Positions 19,453 through 28,251 of a stretch of DNA of 64,000 nt are shown here, in pieces. Each line of letters opens with the position of its first letter. Position 1 is the stretch's first letter. Under the pieces are notes generated by a model, which saw only the letters and a list, made by a program, of their open reading frames with translations, ran no database searches and was not told where the DNA came from. A program made the position numbers and the translations under genes. The DNA comes from Prochlorococcus sp. AG-402-K21 (GTDB lineage: Bacteria; Cyanobacteriota; Cyanobacteriia; PCC-6307; Cyanobiaceae): contig QCII01000007.1 of NCBI GenBank assembly GCA_003216775.1, forward strand, positions 42,682 to 106,681. The letters run 5' to 3'.

Positions 19453-19554
19453 ATGATTCAATTTTACTTTTCCATATTTTTATTGACTGTGCTTACATTT
19501 TTTGCACTTTTATTAGATGCACCAGAATTGGCTTCTTTAATTCAAACATTTTAG
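19453..19554 (+). CDS. hypothetical 33-aa hydrophobic peptide
   Basis: Hand-called: MIQFYFSIFLLTVLTFFALLLDAPELASLIQTF. Confidence 0.25.
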   Translation: MIQFYFSIFLLTVLTFFALLLDAPELASLIQTF

Positions 19555-19704
19555 AAAAGAATAAATCAGCATTTTTACTGATTTACTCTCTTTATAGGTA
19601 AGGCGTAGGTTTAACGTGTTGAATAGGAGGGATCTAATGATTGACAGTCCACCAGAGGAGTTAAATTATAAAATCTAAATCTAGATAAAACTAATGCTAA
19701 ATCT

Positions 19705-19739
19705 GGAATGAATCTTCTATTTGAGATTCATTCCTTTTT
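19705..19739 (+). terminator. Rho-independent terminator
   Basis: Perfect 11-bp stem GGAATGAATCT/AGATTCATTCC, 8-nt loop, then TTTTT. Confidence 0.75.
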
Positions 19740-19849
19740 AATTTCTTTCTAAAAAAATGTAAATTATAAATATTAAATTTTTAAAGTAAAAAATCTATTC
19801 ATATTAAAATGATTTAATCCCTAAGTCTCTTCTTAGATAGTGGCTGACT

Positions 19850-20032
19850 TTACCTGAATCCAAAACCATTTTTTTGTTCTTCTTTTTCTTCCCATTCATT
19901 CATAATTAGTTTTAGTAAACTTTTAATTTCTAAATTCGAAGAATCAGTATCTTTTTGTAGATTTATACAAATATTTTTAATTTCCTCAAAAGCATTATCG
20001 ATTAATATTGTTTTTTGATCTGGATTGGCCAT
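19850..20032 (-). CDS. hypothetical 60-aa acidic helical protein (NEW-motif family)
   Basis: Shares the pattern FEEIK..NLQKDT...LIMNEW with the 21771-21980 product. Confidence 0.4.
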   Translation of the reverse strand: MANPDQKTILIDNAFEEIKNICINLQKDTDSSNLEIKSLLKLIMNEWEEKEEQKNGFGFR

Positions 20033-20038
20033 AGAATT

Positions 20039-20236
20039 TTAAAAAGCTCCATTACAGTTAAAACCACTGCAGTTAATGATCCTAAAAATGTTCATTATGA
20101 AATTATGGAATCTTTCATCAAAAAAAAATGCCCAGGTCGTAAATATTGCAAAACCAGAAACAGCAAAGGCAGCATATTGAAGCCAATGTATTCCATAGCT
20201 ATCTATTCCATTTTTATCAAAATCAGAATTACTCAC
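20039..20236 (-). CDS. hypothetical small membrane protein (65 aa)
   Basis: One TM (AAFAVSGFAIFTTWAFFF). 6 nt downstream spacing to the next ORF. Confidence 0.35.
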   Translation of the reverse strand: MSNSDFDKNGIDSYGIHWLQYAAFAVSGFAIFTTWAFFFDERFHNFIMNIFRIINCSGFNCNGAF

Positions 20237-20334
20237 ATGCTTTTTTACTTATAATAAAAAATTTTTTTTTAAAAAGGAGAATTTGTTTTGAACGATAGAC
20301 TTATTTCTTCTTGAATCTTAGATGTATTAATCGC

Positions 20335-20589
20335 TTAAATAAACCCTGGAATTATCCACCCAAAAAAACCGTAGTTTATTACTAAAGCTAAAAAACCAAT
20401 CATAGCTAATCTACCATTTGTTGTTTCGGCATTTTTCCAAAATTTACCCATATAGTTTTTAATTTTTTTTGAATTTTTATCTATCAAATAATTTGGTTCT
20501 AAAGGTTCCTGTAACCTTTTTATGGCGTATAAAGAGAATTGAATTGTGATTGCGATGATAACAACTATAAAACTAGTAAGAGAATCCAT
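20335..20589 (-). CDS. hli: high-light-inducible protein (CAB/ELIP/HLIP family)
   Basis: C-terminal AETTNGRLAMIGFLALV chlorophyll-binding helix motif. A canonical ~38-aa HLIP would start at the internal Met at 20451. Confidence 0.75.
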   Translation of the reverse strand: MDSLTSFIVVIIAITIQFSLYAIKRLQEPLEPNYLIDKNSKKIKNYMGKFWKNAETTNGRLAMIGFLALVINYGFFGWIIPGFI

Positions 20590-21107
20590 TTTTATATTTC
20601 ATATGTGATCAGTTAGTAGCCAAAGAGTAAATGACATTTGTGTGTGTCAAACATTTCCTTTTTCTGCTTCATTGACAGAGGAAATCTTAACTTTAATTAT
20701 TAACAAATGTAACATATTTAAAAAATAATAGTATGAAATCTTACTTTTTCTTTTGATTTGACCTCGCTAGAGACATTACTGCTACATTTATGTGTCAGAT
20801 ATCAAAGAGTGTTCTTGATTGAATTGCAAAATTAGTTTTAAGTCTTGTTTCTCCAAGTCAATAGAGTATTGAAAATTTTATAGGAATATATTTTTAATAT
20901 TATTTATTTAAATTAATTTTTAATAAATAGAAATTATTACTTTTGTTTAATTTCTGGAAGGTAAAATTTATTGCCTAATGTATAACCAATTGACATAAGT
21001 ACGAACCCAATAAGTTGAGGTAAATGAGAATTTGCTAAAGAGATTTTTTCAATCATTTCTCAATCTATAAAATAATATAATAATAAAAAAAATTTAATTT
21101 TGTAAAT

Positions 21108-21281
21108 CTATTTTTTTTTTGATTCTTTAATTTCCCCAGATTTTTTTAGTGAATTAACGAGCCTTTCATTTTCTGTTTTTAAATTTTCTAATGCAGATTT
21201 TGTGAATTGTTCTTTAGCCTCAAATCTTGCTGAACTTATTACTTTTTTATTAGGAAGTTTTTTCTTCGGTTCTGGATTCAT
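21108..21281 (-). CDS. hypothetical 57-aa basic coiled-coil protein
   Basis: Hand-called: MNPEPKKKLPNKKV...ENLKTENERLVNSLKK. Confidence 0.3.
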   Translation of the reverse strand: MNPEPKKKLPNKKVISSARFEAKEQFTKSALENLKTENERLVNSLKKSGEIKESKKK

Positions 21282-21378
21282 ATTAAACAGTTTTATAAAA
21301 TCTTATAAGTTATTTTTTTTGTACTAGGTATTATTTTTTACAATTTTCTGGTTAATAATATTTGTTTACATAAACAAA

Positions 21379-21591
21379 TTAATCTTTATCTTTTGGGAGC
21401 CTTAACCATCCAGAAGTCCATTCTGATTTTAGTTTTGCCCATAAAACCCTTTTAATATCTTTTTTATTTTTGGTAGGAAAAATATCAACCCATCTTTCTT
21501 TATTTTTACCACCATAAGCTTTAACTTGAAAATGCCTATTACCATTAATAGTTTTTGTTGCTGTCCAGCAAAGAGTAGGAGGCCATTTCAT
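21379..21591 (-). CDS. hypothetical 70-aa Trp-rich basic protein
   Basis: ORF track only. No recognised motif. Confidence 0.4.
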   Translation of the reverse strand: MKWPPTLCWTATKTINGNRHFQVKAYGGKNKERWVDIFPTKNKKDIKRVLWAKLKSEWTSGWLRLPKDKD

Positions 21592-21770
21592 GAGGAATTT
21601 TAAAAGTTAAAAAAACTAAAGGTTGCTTTGACCAGTCAAAACTAAACCATAATATGCAATCGTACCAAGGATAAGTACAATACCAAGTATTCTAATAATC
21701 ATGCTTTAATTTTTAAGTTCAAATTATATTAAAGAAGTTTTATAAATATGAGTTAAAGATTTAATATTTT

Positions 21771-21980
21771 CTAATTTTTCTTTTTTTTATTTCTAACTAT
21801 GGAATGGCAACATTCAGGATGCCATTCATTCTGAATCTTGCCAATAAAATCATAAATAAATGAATCGGGACATCCAGTTTCTTTTTGAAGTTCTGAAAGT
21901 TTTTCTTTAATGTATTCATATACATTCGTTATTACCCCTAAACTTTCGTCTTGGGAAGGAGTCCATTTTTTATTCTCCAT
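21771..21980 (-). CDS. hypothetical 69-aa protein (NEW-motif family)
   Basis: YEYIKEKLSELQKETG...KIQNEW resembles the 19850-20032 product. Confidence 0.4.
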   Translation of the reverse strand: MENKKWTPSQDESLGVITNVYEYIKEKLSELQKETGCPDSFIYDFIGKIQNEWHPECCHSIVRNKKKKN

Positions 21981-22161
21981 TAATATTTTTTAAATTATTT
22001 TCCACAATATCGTAATAGGTTATGTCTCCATAATCAGCATCTGAACAGCATAAATCTCCATATAGTTCCTCTAACAAATCGTAAGCATCTGAATACTTAT
22101 CAAAACTTTGAGCAGTTAATTCGTCATCTTTCCCATCAATTCTAATTATTTTGTAAGTCAT
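21970..22161 (-). CDS. hypothetical 63-aa acidic protein
   Basis: 11-nt overlap with the downstream ORF. No recognised motif. Confidence 0.4.
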   Translation of the reverse strand: MTYKIIRIDGKDDELTAQSFDKYSDAYDLLEELYGDLCCSDADYGDITYYDIVENNLKNINGE

Positions 22162-22220
22162 ATTTTACTTAGATGCAAAAAGTATTTTTTATTCATTAGA
22201 CCATCCTATAAATAAAAATC

Positions 22221-22427
22221 TTATTTAGGAGTATTAGTTGGGTAAAGCTTCTGAATTTTATTTTTCTGAATTTCAATTTTTCTTTGTTCATATTTTTTTT
22301 CCATTATTTTTCTGATAAATAATTGTGGGATAAGCCAAACTAATGCAATAGCTACAGCCATAAAAGCAGGATTTCGCCACGTTAACCTTATAAACTCTTG
22401 TATAAATTCTTGATTGAAAATTTCCAT
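22221..22427 (-). CDS. hypothetical small membrane protein (68 aa)
   Basis: One TM (PAFMAVAIALVWLIPQLFI). Confidence 0.4.
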   Translation of the reverse strand: MEIFNQEFIQEFIRLTWRNPAFMAVAIALVWLIPQLFIRKIMEKKYEQRKIEIQKNKIQKLYPTNTPK

Positions 22428-22600
22428 ACATTAAATTTTGATGATAAAAATATCTTTGCTTTCTTTTATAAAAATCTTTTGAATATCACAAATTATTATA
22501 ACCTTAATAAATCTTATAAGGAATTTTATAAATTTTTTCTTTTTCTAGTTTGTTTTTTTTATATTTAGATTTAGATTAATTTTTTATCTTTTAGTTTAAG

Positions 22601-23266
22601 ATGCCGACTTATCTAATTACAGGATCAAATAGGGGTATTGGATTAGAATTATGTAGGCAAATTCATAAGAGGGGAGATAATGTAATTGCAACGTGTAGGA
22701 AAGCTTCAAAAGAACTTAGAGATTTAGGAGTGAGAATCGAAGAGAATATAGAAATTTCTTCTAATAAGTCAATAACAAATTTGTGTAAAAAATTATCTGG
22801 AGTTAATTTAGATTGCTTAATTCATAATGCAGGAATTTATGAATTTAATTCTTTCGAAAATTTAGATAAGAAGAGTATTTTGCGTCAATTTGAAGTTAAT
22901 GCATTGAGCCCAATTTGTATGACTCAATCACTGAAACACCTTTTAAAAAGATCTTCTAAAGTTGCTTTTATCACAAGTAGAATGGGATCTATTGAAGATA
23001 ATTCATCTGGAAGTTCTTATGGTTACAGGATGTCTAAAGTTGCCTTGTCCATGGCAGCAAAATCACTCTCTATAGATTTATCAAATGAAGATATTTATGT
23101 AGCTATTTTGCATCCTGGGTTAGTGAGTACAAGAATGACTGGCTTTACAAGAAATGGAATTAGTCCTGAAGAATCAGCAAATTGCCTCTTAAAACGCATT
23201 GATTCTCTAAATAAAAAAAATTCTGGTACTTTTTGGCACGCCAACGGAGAAGTTTTGCCTTGGTAG
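22601..23266 (+). CDS. short-chain dehydrogenase/reductase (SDR)
   Basis: TGSNRGIGLE cofactor motif, NAG, catalytic YRMSK. Confidence 0.85.
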   Translation: MPTYLITGSNRGIGLELCRQIHKRGDNVIATCRKASKELRDLGVRIEENIEISSNKSITNLCKKLSGVNLDCLIHNAGIYEFNSFENLDKKSILRQFEVNALSPICMTQSLKHLLKRSSKVAFITSRMGSIEDNSSGSSYGYRMSKVALSMAAKSLSIDLSNEDIYVAILHPGLVSTRMTGFTRNGISPEESANCLLKRIDSLNKKNSGTFWHANGEVLPW

Positions 23267-23398
23267 TATCTAAACTTTTATGTTGAAGAGATTTATATCG
23301 TAGATTTGTTAAAAAACTTTTAAATTTTTAACGTATTTCTTTCCTTGTTTAATTCTTTTAGTTATCTTAAGAAAAACATTAGTAAAGGAGGTGATTCA

Positions 23399-23521
23399 TT
23401 GTCGTATCTACCGAAAAATGCGGTTATCAAAGGGGCCGTGAATTCAGTATCTTCATCAAATTCATCGGTCTCTTTTTCTTTAATTAAGAAAAAAGGTTTT
23501 ATTATTAACAGATTTATATAA
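23399..23521 (+). CDS. possible 40-aa ORF behind an unusually strong Shine-Dalgarno sequence
   Basis: AAAGGAGGTGAT (23384-23395) is a 12-nt complement of the canonical 16S 3' end. The TTG start lies at 23399, 7 nt after the GGAGG core. The Ser-rich product is weak evidence for coding. Confidence 0.25.
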   Translation: MSYLPKNAVIKGAVNSVSSSNSSVSFSLIKKKGFIINRFI

Positions 23522-23537
23522 ATCAGTCACTTAATAA

Positions 23538-23577
23538 TAAAAAACTCTGCATCTAAATTAGTTGCAGGGTTTTTTTT
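23538..23577. terminator. bidirectional Rho-independent terminator
   Basis: A-run, then 7-bp stem CTCTGCA/TGCAGGG (one G-U), an 11-nt loop and T8. Confidence 0.6.
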
Positions 23578-23799
23578 ATGAATTTAATTAATAATCAAAA
23601 GTGAACTCTATCTTTTCTGTCCGAAGTAAATTAAGGCCAAAAAAGATAAAGTGCTTACTAAAGCTATTAAATACCACCCAGTTGAGGAGTTGCTAGTTAC
23701 TTCTGTCATTTATTTTGATTTATCGGAGGAATTGATTATTTGAGTAAAAATCACAATTGATATTATTAAAAAAACTAAAAGGATGTAAGTTACGTTCAT

Positions 23800-24054
23800 T
23801 TATAGAAAAATGCTAATTATCAAAAAGATTATTCCTAGAACTACCGTAACAATTGCTCCATCAACTAATAAGTCTTTCCATGTATAACTTTTAAGCATCC
23901 TTGCTTTATCTTCTTCACTCAGGAGGTTCTTTAACCACGTCCAATCTAAAAGCTGTGTCAATGCAACACCAAAAATTAAATGACCAATCAAAATACCAAT
24001 TAGATCAATTCTAGAAATATCTTTAGTGAGACTTGTAATAATAAAAAAGTCCAC
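23800..24054 (-). CDS. hypothetical two-TM membrane protein (84 aa)
   Basis: Two hydrophobic helices. 1-nt overlap with the upstream ORF. Confidence 0.45.
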   Translation of the reverse strand: MDFFIITSLTKDISRIDLIGILIGHLIFGVALTQLLDWTWLKNLLSEEDKARMLKSYTWKDLLVDGAIVTVVLGIIFLIISIFL

Positions 24055-24281
24055 TAACTTTTTTCTTTATTAGATAGGGCTCCACCTTCTTCTTTGTATT
24101 TTTCCCAAGCTTCACTTATTTTTGCTTTAGAGAAGTTTTGTTTCCCCTCAGAGAATTTATTTTTGAGATTATTAAAGCTATTTGTCAGGTCTTTTTTTGT
24201 TGGTTCATCAAGAAAGTTTGATGTTAATTTCCATAAGTACCAGCTACTAGCTAGTAGAAGAATTAATCCTAGTAATTGCAT
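24054..24281 (-). CDS. hypothetical N-terminally anchored protein (75 aa)
   Basis: N-terminal TM MQLLGLILLLASSWYLW, then a charged tail. Confidence 0.45.
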   Translation of the reverse strand: MQLLGLILLLASSWYLWKLTSNFLDEPTKKDLTNSFNNLKNKFSEGKQNFSKAKISEAWEKYKEEGGALSNKEKS

Positions 24282-24372
24282 ATTAGTTTCTTACTATGCT
24301 ACAACTTTTTAAATGATTTCGATAAACTAATTAATTTAATACCTTAATAATTTTTTTTGAGACTAATCAAAA

Positions 24373-24528
24373 TTAAAATTTCAGCCAGTGGAAAAATATT
24401 CTATCCAGTAACCAAATAGTTAACCCCCCTTCCAGGAAAGCTAGCCAGTACATACCATAATCTGAAAATCCCATTTGTTCTTTGACTGTTTTAATAAATT
24501 TTTTGTGAGCTTGAATGAGATCTTTCAT
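24373..24528 (-). CDS. hypothetical 51-aa protein
   Basis: Hand-called: MKDLIQAHKKFIKTVKEQMGFSDYGMYWLAFLEGGLTIWLLDRIFFHWLKF. Confidence 0.3.
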   Translation of the reverse strand: MKDLIQAHKKFIKTVKEQMGFSDYGMYWLAFLEGGLTIWLLDRIFFHWLKF

Positions 24529-24545
24529 TAATAATTAAATTTGTT

Positions 24546-24821
24546 TTAAACCTGCTGATTTTCTTTAATTAAAAAACCCTTCCCATAACAAGAAAGACAG
24601 GTTTTAGTCTCATCTAATGAAACTCTTAGAAAACCTACTCCATTACATCTAAAGCAATTTACTTTAGTATTTGAATAGAGTTTTGACTTGATTTTAGCAG
24701 CACGATTTAAGTAAGAAACTGTTTCTTTACGTCCGTTTGCTTTGGCAGCTTTGTTTAAGAGCTTTTTGTAGTTGACTTTAAGTTCTTGGGTATTCATCTT
24801 TTGACTGGAACTAGTTCTCAA
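24546..24821 (-). CDS. small DnaJ-type zinc-finger protein
   Basis: Two CxxCxGxG repeats: CFRCNGVG and CLSCYGKG. Confidence 0.55.
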   Translation of the reverse strand: MRTSSSQKMNTQELKVNYKKLLNKAAKANGRKETVSYLNRAAKIKSKLYSNTKVNCFRCNGVGFLRVSLDETKTCLSCYGKGFLIKENQQV

Positions 24822-25092
24822 ATGTAGTTAAACGGATCAATAAATAATTAAAATAAGACCTATGAATTTACCGTTAATATTTCTAATCTGATCTCAAATT
24901 GAGATCTACATAATATAACGAATATTTTTTTTTATTGTTTAATGTATGAGAACTTTTTTTAATTTTTAATAGAAAATTTTATATTTGATGAACTAGTTTT
25001 AAATATTTAGAAATAAATTAATTATTGACTTTAGTAGAACAATTTTAAATTAAGAGATTTCTTGAAAAAAAATTTTTGGTAAATCTAAGAGA

Positions 25093-25323
25093 TTATCCAG
25101 CCTTTTTTAGATTTTTAACTAAAAAATCATTTTCGTTGGTAAGTACATCAAACTTTGATTTCTTAAATTTTTCTTTGATTTCAGAAGTCGGATTTTTTTT
25201 AATCTTGTTGGGATTCATAAGTTTAAAAATCAATTTTAAAAAAAAGACATTTTGAATCCTACTGATCATCAAATTAAAATGTGGATATATTTTTGTAAAT
25301 AAAGAAAATATTTTATTTTGCAC
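25093..25323 (-). CDS. hypothetical basic protein (76 aa)
   Basis: ORF track only. Confidence 0.3.
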   Translation of the reverse strand: MQNKIFSLFTKIYPHFNLMISRIQNVFFLKLIFKLMNPNKIKKNPTSEIKEKFKKSKFDVLTNENDFLVKNLKKAG

Positions 25324-25753
25324 ATAGAAGATTTAATTTAATCAACATATTGTGGAAAAACCTGTTGAAAAGCACTAAAAAAGTGGATAACTCTCGGGGA
25401 GCATGATCAAAACAAGCTTTTCTGGAATACTTTCTAAGTATTAATACTTCATCAAGAAAAGTTTAAATATAGTTTAAAAGGCATCATAATCTATTGTTAT
25501 AACTGTGGGATCATTACTTTTTGATTTAAAAAAATGATCTTTTCTAGATACTAGCGTTGAGAAAAAAAATTACAAATTTATTTTTGAATGATGTATCCAA
25601 TTGACAAATAAAGTTAAGAAAAATAAAAGGAAACTTGAATTTTTGAAAATTTGTCTCAACTGTTTTAATTAAGTCTTGATTCGGTTTTCTCTATGTCAAT
25701 ACTTCCCAAACGTAAGATTAATCAAATAGGTTTGATTGAGTTAAATATTTAAA

Positions 25754-25990
25754 ATGAAAGAAGAAAAAAAGGATTCCAAAAAATGTTCTGGGAAGAAAAA
25801 CATTATGTTTGCTTATGGTTTTATTCAACTTGGTTCTAGTTTCGTATCTGCAATAGCTTTAGCTGCGATTGCTTTTGGATTCTGTTCAGTAAAAAAAGAA
25901 TCTAAACTCTTCAATAAATGTGTTACCGCAATTATTGAAGATGGTGGTACTAATTCTGAAGCAGTAAGATATTGCAACGGGGGCAATTAA
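25754..25990 (+). CDS. hypothetical membrane protein (78 aa)
   Basis: TM segment FAYGFIQLGSSFVSAIALAAIAFGF. Confidence 0.4.
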   Translation: MKEEKKDSKKCSGKKNIMFAYGFIQLGSSFVSAIALAAIAFGFCSVKKESKLFNKCVTAIIEDGGTNSEAVRYCNGGN

Positions 25991-26011
25991 AGTCTCATAC
26001 AAATAAATTAA

Positions 26012-26254
26012 ATGGATTCAACAAGTGATTTGATCATTGACTCTTTAAAAAAGGAACCGATTGGAGAAACTGATCACTTTATTTGGTTCATAACAGATAT
26101 TGGTATTGCTGCCCTATTTAAAAGAGATCAGAACATTGAAACTTACAGTTCAAAAGTCGAAAATGAGGCTAATAAAATAGGTTTGGATATTACTAAAGAA
26201 GAAAAAGAGTTCTTCAAAATTAAAGAGAAACAGCTTTTCTTATTTTATTCATAA
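26012..26254 (+). CDS. hypothetical protein (80 aa)
   Basis: ORF track only. Confidence 0.35.
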   Translation: MDSTSDLIIDSLKKEPIGETDHFIWFITDIGIAALFKRDQNIETYSSKVENEANKIGLDITKEEKEFFKIKEKQLFLFYS

Positions 26255-26274
26255 TTTAAAATCTATTCCTTAAT

Positions 26275-26466
26275 TTAGTAAGATGGCTCAAGGTTAAAGC
26301 TTGGCTCCTTAATATTATTTTCGCTAATTAATTCGTATGTGAGCTCTTTATTTAAGGCATTTATATAGGATGTATAAAGTTTCCCCCAAACAAATTCAAA
26401 TTCATCTTTACTTAAATTTTTGAAAAGAATTTCTCCTTTAAAGTAAATGTGATAAGAATCATTCAT
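26275..26466 (-). CDS. hypothetical protein (63 aa)
   Basis: ORF track only. Confidence 0.35.
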   Translation of the reverse strand: MNDSYHIYFKGEILFKNLSKDEFEFVWGKLYTSYINALNKELTYELISENNIKEPSFNLEPSY

Positions 26467-26563
26467 AGTGGAAAATCAATCTTACCCTTTTTAACGCAAA
26501 GGATTCCATATGTAGTATTGTCTGCTACTAAAAAGGAATTTATAAATGGAATGAGAAATACTC

Positions 26564-26875
26564 TTAAACCATTCGTGTATTCATTTTTTGTTTTTTGAAT
26601 AATCCTACTGTCTCATCAAGATCCATACACGGCTGAATACTAATATCCATTAACCTTCTCCAGGGATGCCATTGCTTCCAAATTGTCTCAAGAGAATCTG
26701 CACTAACTACAGAATGTCCTATTCCATTTTGAACCATAAAAATCCAAGAATGAACCTCATAGTTTTCAGGTCTGTTTTGGGGACCACCTGATTCGTACCA
26801 ATTAATTAGCATTTCTGCCCCTTCTTCTTGATCCTCGCCATCTGTGAATTCGTAGGAAATCAAATACCTTTGCAT
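26564..26875 (-). CDS. hypothetical soluble protein (103 aa; possibly DUF3303-like)
   Basis: Globular, Trp-rich. The family name is from memory only. Confidence 0.4.
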   Translation of the reverse strand: MQRYLISYEFTDGEDQEEGAEMLINWYESGGPQNRPENYEVHSWIFMVQNGIGHSVVSADSLETIWKQWHPWRRLMDISIQPCMDLDETVGLFKKQKMNTRMV

Positions 26876-27158
26876 ATAGATTATTATTAAAATCTCTAAA
26901 CTATTTTAACTCTTGATTTAGATATTGCCTCCCAATTTAATTAATGCTAAGAAGTTTATAGAAGTGTTTGTTTTAAATGATCGAAAAATTTGGAGAAATT
27001 AAAAAGAGTATCATAACTAATTTATCTTTTATAAATAAAACAATCTTAAAGTATTTTCAAAACCATGATCTCTTCGTATAGCTCAAATTAATAGATAAAA
27101 TTTGATACTTTTTAAAATACCTTAAATTAGTTACCATAATTGTACAGTAGAAATACTA

Positions 27159-27542
27159 ATGAAAAATAAAAAGGACAACAGAGATCCAATTAATAATTTA
27201 GAGTACGAAAAAATTCTAGAAGAAGAAATAATTAATTCATACGAAAGTAAATTTCAGAAAGATACTGAACCAGACAAAAAAAAGAATAAATTTGACAGAC
27301 TTAAAAGAACTCCATTAGAAATAGTAAATAGGACATTTTTCTTTTTCTTTCTTGGAAGTTTTCTTTTCTCTTTGTTCTTAGCTTATTCAGAAAGTAAGTT
27401 GTGGTTCATACTGTATGTAATAAGTGCGTTGTCATGTGTTTTCTATACTCCTAATAGAAAGGCACTTAAAGAATTAATAGCAGCTTGGCCAAATATAGAG
27501 GATCTCATAAAAGGGAGGAGTATGTGGAGAAAAGGCAAGTAA
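27159..27542 (+). CDS. hypothetical two-TM membrane protein (127 aa)
   Basis: Charged N-terminus, then FFFFFLGSFLFSLFLAY and LWFILYVISALSCVFY helices. Confidence 0.45.
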   Translation: MKNKKDNRDPINNLEYEKILEEEIINSYESKFQKDTEPDKKKNKFDRLKRTPLEIVNRTFFFFFLGSFLFSLFLAYSESKLWFILYVISALSCVFYTPNRKALKELIAAWPNIEDLIKGRSMWRKGK

Positions 27543-27852
27543 ATAAATTATGAAACCTTTAAGTTCATTTAAAAAATGGTTATTAAATATCCTTGTGCCA
27601 TACATAGAAGGCACTAACAAGAAAAAAGAGGATAAAAAGTGAGCCTGGTACAGCTTGGAATTATTCTTGAAATTTTTTTGTTTGTGGCGGTTTTTTTATG
27701 GGTTAGGAAACTAAATAGTAAACAAAGTAGGCAACCATCTCTATCAAAAAAAACAATAAAAAATCTCAAATTTTAGAATTTTGATCACAAAATAAGGAAT
27801 CTTTATAAAGAGATCAAACTTATGGGAAAATTATTTAATTTTTTCTCTCACT

Positions 27853-28251
27853 TTGTGTATGAAATCGGTTAGAACATCTACATCGTTCTTAGAAAATATG
27901 GTTTCTTCCCTCCAAGGTCTTGCTCGAATCACTAATCCGTTAAATAGTGTCTTAGTAGAAAAAAAACTCATAAATGTTGATCAAAAGTTTAATCAACTTG
28001 TTTCTTTAGCAGAAGGGTTACCTCGTACAGAAGTTATTGAAAGTGGTAGAAATTATTGGAGAGGTGTTTGTAGAAGCTTGATTTTTAGGTTTCCAGATGA
28101 CCTCGAGATTTTAAAGCTTGATGTAAGAAGTTATGTAGACAGATCAAAAGGAATAATCCAAATAAGATCTGCAGCAAGATTAGGGCAATCAGATTTAGGT
28201 GTTAATCTCAGAAGAGTGGAATACTTGTTTAATCAATTAGAGAAATTTTAA
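27853..28251 (+). CDS. DUF1499-like protein
   Basis: C-terminal RSAARLGQSDLGVNLRRVEYL resembles the DUF1499 signature (S..G.SD.GVN..R.E). ATG at 27859 is a likely start. Confidence 0.5.
   Translation: MCMKSVRTSTSFLENMVSSLQGLARITNPLNSVLVEKKLINVDQKFNQLVSLAEGLPRTEVIESGRNYWRGVCRSLIFRFPDDLEILKLDVRSYVDRSKGIIQIRSAARLGQSDLGVNLRRVEYLFNQLEKF

Noticed and set aside
20700-20720. HLR1-like element upstream of hli (minus strand GTTACATT-TG-TTAATAAT)
   Set aside because: Only the first half-site resembles the (G/T)TTACA(T/A)(T/A) repeat, and the second is degenerate. It also lies more than 110 nt from the start codon.
23280-23600. Glutamine riboswitch or Downstream-peptide motif ahead of the 40-codon ORF
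   Set aside because: I could not find the conserved GGAAG-type core or a convincing pseudoknot by eye. A covariance-model search would be needed before making any such claim.
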